A stretch of DNA of 64,000 nt from Felis catus (Eukaryota), in the NCBI RefSeq assembly GCF_018350175.1, contig NC_058368.1, positions 134,418,001 through 134,482,000 of the forward strand, in the 5' to 3' direction. The stretch's first letter is position 1. The number at the start of each line of letters is the position of its first letter. Positions 26,299-38,800 of this stretch are shown here, in pieces. A model generated the notes under the pieces. The model worked only from the letters and a program-made list of their open reading frames with translations, did no database searches and had not been told where the DNA came from. Both the position numbers and the translations under genes were made by a program.

Positions 26299-26793
26299 TG
26301 TTCCAGTCAATATATCTCTGTAACAAATTGCTCTAAAACTTAGTGGCATAAAAAAGCAAATTCACTATTATGCTCATGGATGCTGTGGGTCAGGAATTTA
26401 AGCAGGGCAAATTAGAGACAATGTGTCATTGTTTCACCCTGTTTAAGGCCTCCTCTGGAATCTGGCTGTTGGCTGGGGGCCTCAGTTTCTCTTTGTTTTC
26501 CTTTACTTGTGGCTTCTCAGTGTAGGCTAGTTTGCACTTACCCAGAGCATGATAGCAGGGTTCCCAGGGCAAGCCCCAAAGAGAGAGATGGCCATGCGGA
26601 AGACATATCACCTGCTCCAGAAGTCACACAGTGCCACTTTCACTGTATCCTACTCATTAAAGCAGACACAGTGTCCTCAGATTCAAGGGCAGGGACAATA
26701 GACTCAGTCTCTTGATGGAGGTGTGGTGAGGTTTTATAACAGCAAGGACAGGAAATGCTGCTGTGCCCATACTTGAAAGATGCAATCTGTCAC
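26299..26793 (-). mobile_element. MaLR LTR (MLT1G/H-like)
   Basis: TGTAACAAATTGCTCTAAAACTTAGTGGC...GTGGGTCAGGAATTT...CAGAAGTCACACAGTGCCACTTTCACTG...CAGATTCAAGGG...CTCTTGATGG. Confidence 0.85.
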
Positions 26794-26982
26794 ACTAACA
26801 TATTTCATGAATTTCCACAGTCACCCTTATTCTTTATATCCCATGTCTTTCTTCTGGGTTTCTTTTTGTGTGTACGTTAATTAGTGGTTTATCAGCAATG
26901 CTTGTGAATATTAGGTCAAGGATTTAGACTTTATATCTTACTCTCAAAGAATATATTCACTGATTATAAAATTTACGTTGAT

Positions 26983-27139
26983 GGGGCCCCTGGGTGGCTC
27001 AGTCAGTTGAGCATCTGACTCTTGATTTCAGCTCAGTTCATGATCCCAAGGTCGTGAGATTGAGTCCTACGTCAGGCTTTGCTCTGAGTGTGGGGCCTGC
27101 TTAATATTCTCGCTTTCCCTCTGCCCCTCCCCTGCTCCT

Positions 27140-27178
<39 letters not shown>

Positions 27179-27179
27179 A

Positions 27180-27214
<35 letters not shown>

Positions 27215-27222
27215 ATAGTAAA
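26983..27222 (+). mobile_element. Can-SINE with (TAAA)n tail
   Basis: GGGGCCCCTGGGTGGCTCAG head; TSD TAAAATTTAC(G/A)TTG. Confidence 0.95.
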
Positions 27223-27299
27223 TAAAATTTACATTGGCAATTATTTTTTGGCACTTTGCAAATGTTATCCTATTGCCTTTTCTCCCCTTTTACAATATG

Positions 27300-27900
27300 T
27301 TTTGTTCTGGTAAAATACACTTAACATAAAATTTACTACGTTACCCATGTTTAAGTATACAGTTCAGTCATATTAAGTACTTTCATATTGTTGTGCAACC
27401 TTCAGCACCATCCATCTCCAGAATGCTGGAATTCTACCCATTAAATAGAAACTTTCTATTACTTCTCCCACAGCCACTGACGATCACTATGCTACTTTCT
27501 GTCTCTATGAATTTCACCTCTCAGGGTAACACATGTAAGTGGAACCACACAGTATTTGCCTTTTGTGACTGGCTTATTTCATTCAGTATAATGTCCTCAA
27601 GATTCATTCATGTCATGGCATGTATCAGCTTTTCCTTCCTTTTCACGACTGAATAATATTCCACTGTATGTATGTACCACATTGTGTTTATCCACTGATA
27701 GATGCTTGGATTCTTTCCACATTTTCAATATTATAAATAATGCTGCTCTGAACACAGTTGTGTGAATATCCCTTTGAGACCCTGCTTTTAATTTTTTAAA
27801 TATCTACTTAGAAGTGGAATTGCTAGACCGTATGGTAAGCTTTTTCAGGAACTGCCATACTCTTTTCCACAGAGGCTGTTCCATTTACGTTCCCACAGAG
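27300..27900 (-). mobile_element. LINE-1 (L1MA/MB-type) 3' end
   Basis: AACATAAAATTTAC...CTACTTTCTGTCTCTATGAATTT...TTTTGTGACTGGCTTATTTCA...GAACTGCCATACTCTTTTCCACAG. Confidence 0.9.
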
Positions 27901-28059
27901 TGGGAACACTTCTCCTGGAAGCTGGCAAACCTTTAGCAGACCCCACTTTCCAAACTAGATGAATAGACACATTCTGCCAGTGCCATTGTTGTGTAGGTAG
28001 GGAGACAGACTTGTTGTGCATCTTAATCTGCAGTCTTCCCAGAACCTATCTTTCCCATT

Positions 28060-28353
28060 GCTTTCTAACACCTATTGTTGCTGATAGAAATCTGCTTTTA
28101 TTCTGTCACCTATCTTCTTTATCGGGTAACTTGTACTTTTTTTTTTCTTTTTATACTTGACATATAAAATATCAAGCCAGTTTCCCGGGGCACCTGGGCG
28201 GCTCAGTCAGTTAAGTGTCCGACTTCAGCTCAGGTCATGATCCAACAGTTTGTGAGTTCTAGCCCCACATCGAGCTCTGTGCTGACACCTCAGAGCCTGG
28301 AGCCTGCTTCAGATTCTGTGTCTCCCTTTCTCTCTGCTCCTCCCCCTCTCGCA

Positions 28354-28399
<46 letters not shown>

Positions 28400-29480
28400 A
28401 ACAAATAAAATGTAAAAAAGAAATTTTAATATCAAGTCAGTTTCTGGGTTTGGATTTGTTTGTTGATTTATCTTAGTGTTGAGTGTGCAATTTAAATCTG
28501 AAAAATCAAGGATTTCTTTAATTCTGGATAATGTCTTTCACCATTTTCCCCTTTGAATGTTCTTTCTCTCTCATCCTCTCTTTATTCCCTTTTCCTGGGG
28601 CCTCTGTTCGATATATTGTGTCCTCCATCTCTCTCAACCACTTTTACATTTTAAAACCTATTTAAATCTATTTTTTTTCTTTCTGTGATGTGTTGTGGAT
28701 CGATTCCTTAGAGCTGTGCTCTAATTTACAAATTCTTGGTTTTACTGTTTCTGCTTCATATTTTAGGGAAGAAGTGTTCTCTCTTTCTTCCAGCTTCCTT
28801 AATACACTAATTTTACATGAATATTCAGGTGGCTTTACTGTCTTTATCCTTAGGTAAACTCACTTCCTAATTGCAGGTTTTGTTGGCTTTTGTAGTCCTC
28901 TTATAAGTGGAATTTTTGTTTGAAGGTTCATCTTGAGCAGCGGTATTTTTTTTTCTTCTTTTCTTTTAGAAACCACCCAGCACTGAATACCAGTTCTGTG
29001 ATTGTCTCCACCCTTCTCAAGACCCAGAATTCAGATTCAGGCCTGTTACTGGATATTCACAGCATCAATGCTGGAAAATATCGAAAATATTACACATCCG
29101 GGCTAGCACACAGCTGAGTGAAGTTCTTGGCATTGAGTCTGTATTTCTCTATCCTGTCTCCCCATGCACATAGTGTATTACAAGCTACAGCCAAAAAGAA
29201 TGGTAGCAAATAGGTTTAGTTTAGCCTCTTTCGCAGGTGAGGTCAATCAATCCCAGCCTCTAATTTTATGATGTAAGCTAGGCTTCAATTTTATATCCCC
29301 CAGCCTTACATCAGACAGTTTTAGTTCCCGTTGTCGCACAAGCATCAAAATCTACAGCGTCCTCTGCTAGCTTCCAGCCCTGGAGCATCTAAGGTCCCCA
29401 GACCAATGTCTCTCAATTTCAACCCATCTTTTCCTATGTAATATAAGTGCCTCTTCTGGTCAGTGAAAATGTCTATCTTA
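28060..29480 (-). mobile_element. Very old L1/HAL1-like ORF1-region remnant, discontinuous
   Basis: TTGTTGCTGATAGAAATCTG, TTTAAATCTGAAAAATCAAGGATTTCTTTAATTCTGG; weak recognition. Confidence 0.35.
28187..28427 (+). mobile_element. Can-SINE (felid type)
   Basis: Full length; TSD AATATCAAG(C/T)CAGTTTC at 28168-28184 and 28428-28444. Confidence 0.96.
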
Positions 29481-29520
29481 TCTTTTTTGTCTATTTTATT
29501 TTTTTTAATAATACCTATAT

Positions 29521-29704
29521 GTTTAAAATTTGTTTTCTAGAGGAGAGGGGAGAGGGACAGAGGGAGAAAGAGAGAATTTTCAGGCTCCATGCTTAGTACG
29601 GAACCCATTGCAGGGCTCAATCACATGACCAAGAGATCGTGACCTGACCTGAGCCTAAATCAAGAGTCAGACGCTTAATTGACCGAGCCCCCCAAGGCAA
29701 CCCC
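29521..29704 (-). mobile_element. Can-SINE (older type)
   Basis: GACCTGAGCCTAAATCAAGAGTCAGACGCTTAATTGACCGAGCC...CCCC. Confidence 0.88.
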
Positions 29705-30479
29705 GTTTATTTTCTCTTTTTAGAAACCTTTCATTGTTTTATGTCCAGAAGATTCGCGGGGTCTAAAATTATAAATTTACAATGCTATGCTAATTGAAAA
29801 TACGAATTTATCTTTAATGCTCTGTCCTAATTCACTGAGTAACACTAAACATAATACAAATAAAAATTAAAGCAAAAGAGAAGAGCTGAAGGTCATGAAA
29901 CCGGTGTGAAGGCCAACATCTCAGTTACGTATTCTTTTGTAGTAGCTAAAGTAGAAAAGAATTGCACAGCAGTCTTTACAGTAATTGGCGAATGATATAA
30001 TTTGTGTCACATACAGCTACAAATGCCCTGGAGAGCCCAATGACGTGATGAAAGCCCACATCTAACTGTTTCTCCCTCAGGAAACACTCACTTTGGTACG
30101 AGGCACTTTTTTACGTTGCAAATGCTTTTAATCTTTATACTGTGCTTAGGGATTTTCTATTTCTAAGGCCTTCCTGTTACAAATTATATAAATAAAGGAG
30201 GGAAAATGGCAAAGAATGGGTATATTCTTTAGTTACTCACAGGCTAAGTTTTCTCAATGTGAGACATACTGAATATTTGGATTTTTTTTCCCCACCATTT
30301 CTTCTAAACTCAGTGGAAAGCCAGTACTGTATACTTTTTGCTAGGTATGAAAATGAGGTTCTCTTTTTTTTAATTTTTAAGCAATATACGAATGGGATTT
30401 TGATAAACCGAACGACAAAAAGGCTTATAGATTGGAAGAAAGTGTCTCTCCTACCCCATTCAGCTTTTCCCTTCTTCAG

Positions 30480-30805
30480 AAGCCACATTTCCCCCCACAT
30501 AAATAAGTGCATGGCATTCACATTTCTATACCTTGCTTTTCCTCTTAACCGTATATTTTCAGATTTTTTTTTCAGTATCAACATGCATAGATTGACTTTT
30601 TTGATAGCTGCGGAGCATTCTGTTTTGAGAATGTGCAATAATTGATTTAATCTGTCCCTTATTTATAGGAAGTTAGGCTATTTCTAGACTTTTGCTACTA
30701 CAAATCATTATGCAGTGAATATCCTTGTAGATACAGTTTTGCTCACATCTGCTAATTTATTGAGAAATGCTGAGCCAAACTGCCCTCCAATGAGGTTACA
30801 CTGAA
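30480..30805 (-). mobile_element. Old LINE-1 (L1ME-like) 3' fragment
   Basis: TTAGGCTATTTCTAGACTTTTGCTACTACAAATCATTATGCAGTGAATATCCTTGTA...CCAAACTGCCCTCCA. Confidence 0.7.
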
Positions 30806-31719
30806 ATAAATCTTTAAAAACAAATGCACCATTTTCCTCAATGGGAAACACTTAAAATTTAGCACTGCTGTTTCAATTTACAAACAATTCTATATCCACT
30901 TTCTTCAAATTTGTAACTAACCATATTTTTATGTGAGGGCAATTTATGATTGGTAGTTAAATATTTTGCAAACCACTTATTTTATTCTAAAAAAAATAAA
31001 ATATTGTTGAAACATGCACATTTTGATTACAGATTTTGGGGAAATGATCAGAATTAAGATTAATTCTCAGAATGTATTTGCCCCAGAGTTTTGGTGCTTT
31101 GGCTAGTCTCTGGCCTCATTATACATTTTTACATTTATATATTTTAGAACGTGCAAAATATTCTGCAGACACGAGAGTTGTTTGACAAAAATGCTTTCCA
31201 CTTTGAGAAGGGTCGGAATGGCTGCATCACCACACCCCTCTTTGGAGGAGCCCATCCCCACACAACCCCTGTCATCCTGACCTCAGCTGTTTTCATGGAG
31301 GCTGACCAGTAACCTCAAGCCTCAGTGAGGTGAGACAGTGGCCCGTGAAGACTCTTAAATCAACACCTCCACCAACAGCAGTGTCCTAATCAGGTCCTGA
31401 CTCAGGAAGGTCAAATGCAGGACTCTGATAAAGGGTCATCAAGAGGGGCAGGAACTATAGAAACAAAAGGGATAGGTAAGTCTCTGAGCAGCAGAGGGGT
31501 AGTAGCATCATTTGAGGCTGATGGGGAGCCCAGTCATGGGGTTGTTGGGGCTCTGACATCTGAATAACTCTTCAGTCCCTGTTAGCCCAGCTGGGAAGTT
31601 TAAGGTTTTTTCCTATTGTTCCTTAATGTACTCAATAAATATAGTAACTTAAGCATAACTTACGCTCCTTGCAACCTGAAAAGAACCGATTCGATATTCT
31701 TAGCAAATAGTGAAACAGG

Positions 31720-32460
31720 AACACATTTAGTCATTGAGCAAATTGCCTCGGATGTGCAAGGTGCTGAGGAGCCAGTAATCAAGGCAAGACAAGGCCTCCC
31801 TTATCATGGAACTTAGAGTTTGGGGGAAAAGGCAGAAAAAATGAGTAAGAAATATAGTAGAGAGTGGGAAGTGCTATGCAAAGAAGTAAAAGGTGGTTAT
31901 GGACAGTAACCTGGTGACTAGTTTGGAATTGAGGGATCAGGCAAATCTCCCTGAAGTGGTTACACTTAAGCTGAAACCAAAATGACAAGACCAAGCCATT
32001 GCGAACCAAGGGAAGAGAGGTTAGCGAACAGAAAAGCCCTATGGCAATAATGTATATATTGGAGAAACAGAATGATGGTGCAGTAAAGGAGAATCTTCTG
32101 CACCAGGAAGTTGGAAAGGCAGGCTGGGACTAGATCAGGTAAAGCTTTGCATGCCCCAGTAAGGATATTTTGACTTGATGAGAAGCCATGTGGAGATTAT
32201 AACCGGGGCTGATGTGGTATGATTTATGTCTTTAAAAGCCTGCTCTGTCGTGCATTGCTAGGGTGGAGGGTGGTAGTAGTAAGGTAGGTAGATCGGTTAT
32301 GAAGCTACCACAGTAGTCTAATGCAAAATGATGGCATTGTAGGGTAGTGGTTGCGGTATAGGTGGAGAAACCTTCAGAATCTGGGGTGTGCTTCATAGGG
32401 GTAATCCCTAAGACCTGCTGGTGGATTAGCTTGAAGGGGATGAGTCACGAATGAAACAAA
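31720..32460 (-). mobile_element. L2 LINE fragment
   Basis: CCTTATCATGGAACTTAGAGT, TACACTTAAGCTGAAACC, GAGAAGCCATGTGGAG, TGATTTATGTCTTTAAAAG. Confidence 0.75.
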
Positions 32461-33845
32461 AATCAGGGGAAAATATGCATTAGACTCTAAATTTTCCTGA
32501 GCACTTTAAATGAAAGAAGGCCATTTTCCTTTTCATTCCATCACCAAGACCCATTGAGAATCAGGTAGCAAAGGCATGGAAGCAGTATTTTCCCTGCCTT
32601 AGCTTTCTGAATCACCAAAGAAAGGTTCAATTACATTGAGTATGTTTCAGTATAGAAAGGACTTTATCGTGTGTCAGGTATCTGGAAATTTCTATTCCAT
32701 AGAACTCATATCGCATGGACTCCAAAATGGTAGAAGTGGAACTTATACAGGCAGAGATTTGGTTCCTGAAGATCTAGGACAAATCTAGGGGCATTTCCAT
32801 AACTAAGATCATACGAGTTCCTATAGTAGCCTCTAGTCTGACATTGTACTATACTGTCTTGACTGTGTATCATCTCTTCTCCCATATGCTGTGAGGACAT
32901 ATGAGACAAGGACCACATTTATGTACTTGGTGGTGTCGAATGAGTAAGCGAGTGAGTAAGTGAATGAATGAATGAATCCTGAGTACCTGTCTTCTTGGTT
33001 AATCTAAAATTGGCTCTTTGCCCTAAGTAGTTTTTCAGGCTATTGGTTCTAGATCTGGTTTGCTGAATATTTCATCCCTATTCTGACCCTACACTACTTT
33101 TTTCTGCCTACATTATAGTGGATGACTATGTAGGATGGACATCTCCATAGGACGTTTGAAAATCCTGTGTTAAGATAGGAGAAGGTTTGCTCTCAGAAAC
33201 TTTTCAGGGTAGACACTAAATTTTGTTATCATTTATATATTGGGATGGGGGAATGTACCACTTGACTTCTGATGCTATGCAAGGCTCCACGAAGTCTCCT
33301 TTCGGCTTCAGAGTTGATCTGAAGTCATTATGTTCTGTCTATTTGGGGACCTAGGTATCATATTTTAAAATAGCTTCCCACAGAGCAATTCAGAGGAGAG
33401 TACGATGTATCATTTAAGTACTAAATATTGACTCCTTCTACAAATGCAAAAGTACAGAGAGTTCCTTTTTTGTTTATCCTTTTATTACAAATGACCACAA
33501 CCTGGTCAAAAAAAATTCTCTGCGGTAGAAGGATATCTGCCAACAAATGAGTCTGTTGAAAGGCCCACACCAAACCCGGCGTCGTAGGCCAACCCTGACC
33601 ACAGCTGAGTGTTGTGAAGAGGGCTGACAGCCACATGGTCACCACCCAGGCAGAAGAGGAAGGCAGTGTGAAGTGTTAATGGAAAAATCCAACATCCTTC
33701 TCTTCCAATGGTGATGAGCAAAACCAAAATGGAGGTTTCCCTGGTAAGTTTTAAAAGAACACTCTAATTTCCGAATGGAAATATTTACTAGGCTTTTACA
33801 TTTTTGTGTCTTTTTACATATTTCTTTCTGTACAAGAAACGTCTT

Positions 33846-34039
33846 GTAAAAAAATTTAATATTTATTTTTGAAAGATAGAGAGATAGTGTGAGTGGGGGA
33901 GGGGCAGACAGTGAGCCTGAAGCAGACTCTGTGCTGACAGCGGAGAGCCTGATGCGGGGCTTGAACTCACAAACCATGAGATAGATTATGACCTGAGCTG
34001 AAGTTGGACGCTTAACAGACTGAACCACCTAGGTGCCCC
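33846..34039 (-). mobile_element. Can-SINE (felid type)
   Basis: TSD TGTACAAGAAA(C/T)GTCTT at 33829-33845 and 34040-34056. Confidence 0.95.
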
Positions 34040-34129
34040 TGTACAAGAAATGTCTTTTCGAAAGCTCATGTTTGCTTGATGATAATTATTTGTCTCTATT
34101 GTTTTATGTGAAGAGTTCAGTTAGTTACT

Positions 34130-34577
34130 TTATTAGTCTCCTACAGCTGCCATAACAATGTGCGCTCCATTGAGTGGCTGAAGCAACAGAAATTTGTTGT
34201 CTCACAGTTCTGGAGGCTAAAAGTCCATATGAAGGTATATTGCAGGTTTAGTTCCTTCTGAGGACCAGGAGAGAAGAATCTATTGCACGTTCTTCTTGCC
34301 CAGTTTTTGGTGTTTTGCTGGCAATCCTTGGCATTGCTTGGATTACAGATGTTATCATCCTAATCTGCATCTACACATGGCCTTTCCCTGTGTGCTTGTC
34401 TCTGTGTCCAAATTTGGTCTACAATTAATGGCATAGTCAGATTAGGGCCCACCCTAATGACCTCATCTTAACTAATGACATCTGCAGTGATCCTACTTCC
34501 AAATAAGGTCACATTCAGTACCAGGAGTTAAGACCGCAACATAAGAATTTTGGGGAGATATAATTCAACCCATAAAA
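34130..34577 (-). mobile_element. MaLR LTR (MLT1B/C-like)
   Basis: TATTAGTCTCCTACAGCTGCCATAACA...TCTCACAGTTCTGGAGGCT...ATTAGGGCCCACCCTAATGACCTCATCTTAACT...TTCCAAATAAGGTCACATTC. Confidence 0.92.
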
Positions 34578-34914
34578 CAGTTATCAAATACTGCACCGCA
34601 CCATTCTGAAGGATTGGATCTGTGTCTTCTGACCTCTGAGCTCAGGCATGGGGTCTTAAACTTTGTAAACATTCAATAAATTAGGGTAGAATGCCTTAGA
34701 ATTGTGGCACAAAATCCCCTCAAAAGATCCCCGTGACCTAGAACCAAAAAAGTACTATGAGAAATATTACTACAAGTACATTTCCTTTTTGAATCCAAGG
34801 CCTTGTATCTGCACAACTCTTGGTTGATTATAAAGATTTCAGTTTCCAAACAAATCTTCATTTTCTAAGGGAAATAAAGTGTGACCAAATAATTCCAAAG
34901 GGAAATGAAGGGGG

Positions 34915-34916
<2 letters not shown>

Positions 34917-34964
<48 letters not shown>
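34917..34964. repeat. (AC)24 microsatellite
   Basis: Direct reading. Confidence 0.97.
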
Positions 34965-34967
<3 letters not shown>

Positions 34968-35347
34968 TAAAGTAGGTTATGAGCAGCTGGGGAGCTCTTT
35001 CGGAGATTATGGAGACCTAAGACATTTCTCATGTCCACCAGCTTCAATTTGATCTAAAACAGACACAATAAATTGATAGATGAAATTAAAAAAAAATAAC
35101 TAAAACAAGCAAAGCAGAAAAGCCAACAGGGTCAGCTTTATTAATGGGCAAACACTCAGTGGCCACTAGGAATGTCTAGTAAGAATCAAGTGGAAACTAT
35201 TCATTCCTTGGGTTAAAATCAAGGTGATGTCTCTTAACCTGCCTTCCCACCTGGGAGAGGTTGGTGGCACTGAGCTGACTTTGTCAAGATAAGAATTGCA
35301 GTCTTGACTCCACCGGGTCGGCAATAGAAGAGTAATGCATTATGGTA

Positions 35348-35635
35348 CTAGGCCGCATTATAAATTCCATGGGCCCCAGGTGCTTTTGTCTTTGTAGGCC
35401 CCTTCCTCCAAAATAAAAACAAAAAGCAAAAATTGTATTTTGTGACTCTGTTGGTGTAAAGACTGTTGTTACATTAATAGTACATATTAAAACATGATTT
35501 TTGACCTAAAAGGTCATTTTTTAAAAAATCTCGTTTCAAAAGCAATTAAAACATTCCTGTGCCCCCCAGAAGCATTTTCAACCCAAGACACTGTGCCCAC
35601 TGTGATGCAGGCACAAGTCTATTCTGCCTGGCCAA
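35348..35635. mobile_element. hAT-Tip100 (MER91/Zaphod-like) DNA transposon remnant
   Basis: AATTAAAACATTCCTGTGCCCCCCAGAAG...ACACTGTGCCCACTGTG resembles the MER91-family terminus. Confidence 0.5.
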
Positions 35636-36961
35636 ATCAGATGGGCGTCTGGAAGGTAGGCCTTGGACCTCTGTCCGGGTGTATGATGCACATGGTGGCT
35701 GAAAAGAGAAGAATGTCCATGGCTTCTCATAACCCCATCCAGTGAAGACACAGGGGTAGCCTTTTTCCTGCTTGTGAGGCCACTGGTGAGTGTGGTAAGG
35801 GAGGGGTAAGCCCTATACTCTGCCCGACTCCGTCAGCGTAGGAGAGAGGCCCTGCTTTCATCCACTTCTGCAGGCTTCAGGCTCCATCCTCCTTCCTCCT
35901 GTTCTCTCTCCACTTCTACCCTCTCCACATACAAATCACAGAAGCAGCAGAGGCAGCCTGGGCAGGTCAGGTGGCTTTCGGTAGCAGGGGAAGCAGGAAA
36001 GGAAGATTCTCCTAGAATCTTTCAAACAGGCATCCTTGTTGCAAAATGAAAGGGGAAAGGGAAGAGGAATCCCATTTGTCATTAATATGTACCAAGCCCT
36101 TTGCTGTGCATTTTGCATTTGCTATCATGTTTAATTCTAAGGACAATACTTTCCTGCCAGGAGGCATCCTCCCGGCCTCTCCTGCAGAGGAAGGAAAGCA
36201 GCCTGTGAATGGCAGAGTCTACATTCGCTGTTAGCTTTTTTGAGCTCTCATGCCTAGATGTGGTATTTTACTGTCTACATTTTAGTTGCCAGTTTAGTTC
36301 AAGAAAATTTATAATGGCGGTCAGATAGTGTGAAGAGGAGGAAAATGTATTTTTTTTAATCCCAGACATGAGTAAGTGGTCTTTTACATTGACTCAGAAG
36401 ATTTAAGTATCTGTATCTCTGCAGATTCATTCATTTTACCCACAATCCACCAGCAGCACCTTTGTGACATGCCAATGATAGCTAGTAGAAATTCAGCATC
36501 TCCGGTCGGTCTGGTGATTGTCATAGCCTTTTCTGTGCTAAATAGCTGGATTAAGAAAAAGCCCTGGTTTCCACCACTGGACCATGATCCTCTTTAAATT
36601 GTTTCTTATTTAAATACCAATACCTTTGCTTCACAAAATCTGCTCTGATACTTAACACAGCTTTACAGTAACAAACACTTAAACATATTGCCAGGCTTTG
36701 TGAATCCAATTAAGATCTCCTTAAGTGCATCGCTGTCTTTGTAATAAAAAAAGAAGAAGAAGAAGCAGAATAAAAAAAACACTTCACAAACCCTCTTTTT
36801 GCTCAAGATTCTATTTGCTGTTATTTAGACCTCAAAAAACCAGATGCTAGATAGTCTCCCCTTGATATCATGATTAACTGGTTACTAAGCACAGAGTTAC
36901 TGCATGTAATTTGCTCATTTTTTCATTATGTGGTTTTCTTTGTAAATAGCTTTACTACTTT

Positions 36962-37183
36962 AAAAAATTTTTTTAACGTTTACTTATTTTTGAGAGAGAC
37001 AGACAGACAGACACAGCACGAGTAGGGGAGGGGCTGAGAGAGAGAGAGACACAGAATCTGAGTCAGGCTTCAAGCTCTGGGCTGTCAGCACAGAACTTGT
37101 TGCGGGGCTTGAACTCAGGAGCCTCGAGATCATGACCTGAGCTGACGTTGGATGCTTAACCGACTGAGCCACCCAGGCACCCC
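36962..37183 (-). mobile_element. Can-SINE (felid type)
   Basis: Long TSD of about 22 bp, TTGTAAATAGC(T/C)TTA(C/T)TACTTT. Confidence 0.95.
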
Positions 37184-37974
37184 TTGTAAATAGCCTTATT
37201 ACTTTTAAAGAATTCCTTCCAAACTCTTTTTCTTTCTTTTAAAAACATAAGTTAAATCATTCGCCTTTATGTAAGATGCAGGTTGCCCATGCCCCTCCCT
37301 CCCCCCTTCTTTTTTTTTATCATAAAACACAATTCCCTTATTCCATAGGGGTGAAAGTACCCGTCAGAGCTTTGTAAAGGTTTTTGTTTCCTTTAAAAGT
37401 GAGATAGTTCATGCTCTGCAGGTCCTTGCCAACATAGATCTCAACAGGAAAGAATTTTAAAATTAACTTGAAGTAGTCCCGAGATGTGAAAAATACCATG
37501 CAGAAGGGAGAGGATTGTCCCAACATTATACAGGTGTGTTTCTTCAGTCCGACCTTCGGAGACCATCATGTGAGTCATACCTCCCCTCCCCCTCGCGTCT
37601 GTAACCTGACTTATCACTGTTGTTCCCCGCCCAAGTCAGGCAGAGCTCATTAGACACTGTGCATGCCGTAACTGTCCCCCTCACTCCCACGCCGCAGCCA
37701 CCCCCCACCCCCCTTCCCCCGCTGCACCAAAGGTGTTATATATCTTCTCTGCCATTCTCCCTGCCTTCTCTGCCTTTGACCTATCAGCCCAATTCAATTG
37801 TACAGATATTTCTGCAAGTGTAGTAAACTGCCACACAGTAAACTGTGCTTTATGTCAGTTTGACTTAAAAGATTTTCTTTAACATGAATAACAGATCTAG
37901 CCTTCTCTCTAAAATAAGATTAAATATATAACATAGTATAATATAATATAACATAGTATGGTATTATAATTTAT

Positions 37975-38800
37975 AATAAGGACTGTATATTTGGTTTTCA
38001 TCCCATTTCTGGTAAAAAGCTCCTAAAACCCTTACACTTGCCTAAGCAATAACAATGCCCTATTGCATGTTTGAAGGTTGGCGGGAGAGTAGATCTTAAA
38101 AGTTCTCACCACAAGGGAAAAAGCTTATAACTATATAAGGTGATGGATGTTAAGTAAACTTATTGTAGTGATCATTCCAATATATATTAGGTAATATTAT
38201 ATTCAATTATATATATTACATATATAATTGAAGGTGTACAACATGATTCAAAGCCTTATGTTGTATACCTTAAACTAGTACAGTGTTATATGTCAGTTAT
38301 ATCTCAATAAAACAGGAAAGATCTTTTTAGCAAGAGCATTAGGAGCATCTTTTGTTATAATATGTGATCTTTTGTTTTTGGCTCCTGAAAAAGTTGCAGG
38401 GTATAAAGGTGAAAGGAATCTTATTCATAACAAGCCCCTTGTAACTGCATCTGAGTTTCTGTTGAATAAATGACTTTCGGAAAGCCCCCAAGGATGGCAC
38501 TGATTGCTGGGGGAACCAATCATAGAAAGTTGGGACTTTAAATCTCACCCTCAACCTCCAGGAAGGGGAGAGAGGTTGAAATTTGAATCACTCAAATAAT
38601 GGCTGGAGATTTAACCACTGATGCCTACATAACGAAGCCTCCAGAAAACCCCAGAAAGATGGGAGCAGGGAAGCTTCCGGGTTGGTGAACACATGGAGGT
38701 GCTGGGAGGGTGGTGCCCCCGCCCAGAGAGGGCATGGAAGCTCCACTCCCCTTATACGTCTCTCCCGTCTGCTTGTTCCTGAGTTCATTCTTTTCTAATA
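37975..38800 (+). mobile_element. ERVL-class LTR (MER21-like), interrupted by an L1 3' end
   Basis: AGCTCCTAAAACCCTT, CCTCCAGGAAGGGGAGAGAGG, GCCTACATAACGAAGCCTCCA, GCTTCCGGGTTGGTGAACAC, GAGAGGGCATGGAAGCTCC. Confidence 0.8.
38060..38320 (+). mobile_element. LINE-1 (L1MA/MB-type) extreme 3' end nested in the LTR
   Basis: GAGAGTAGATCTTAAAAGTTCTCACCACAA...GGTGATGGATGTTAA...TGTTATATGTCAGTTATATCTCAATAAA. Confidence 0.88.

Noticed and set aside
36984..37172. Recurrent similar ORFs of the type MAQSVK.PTSAQVMISR... (also 41470, 41834, 58861, 62189, 62908, 63338) resembling a gene family
   Set aside because: They are translations of Can-SINE copies with TSDs and A-tails, not genes
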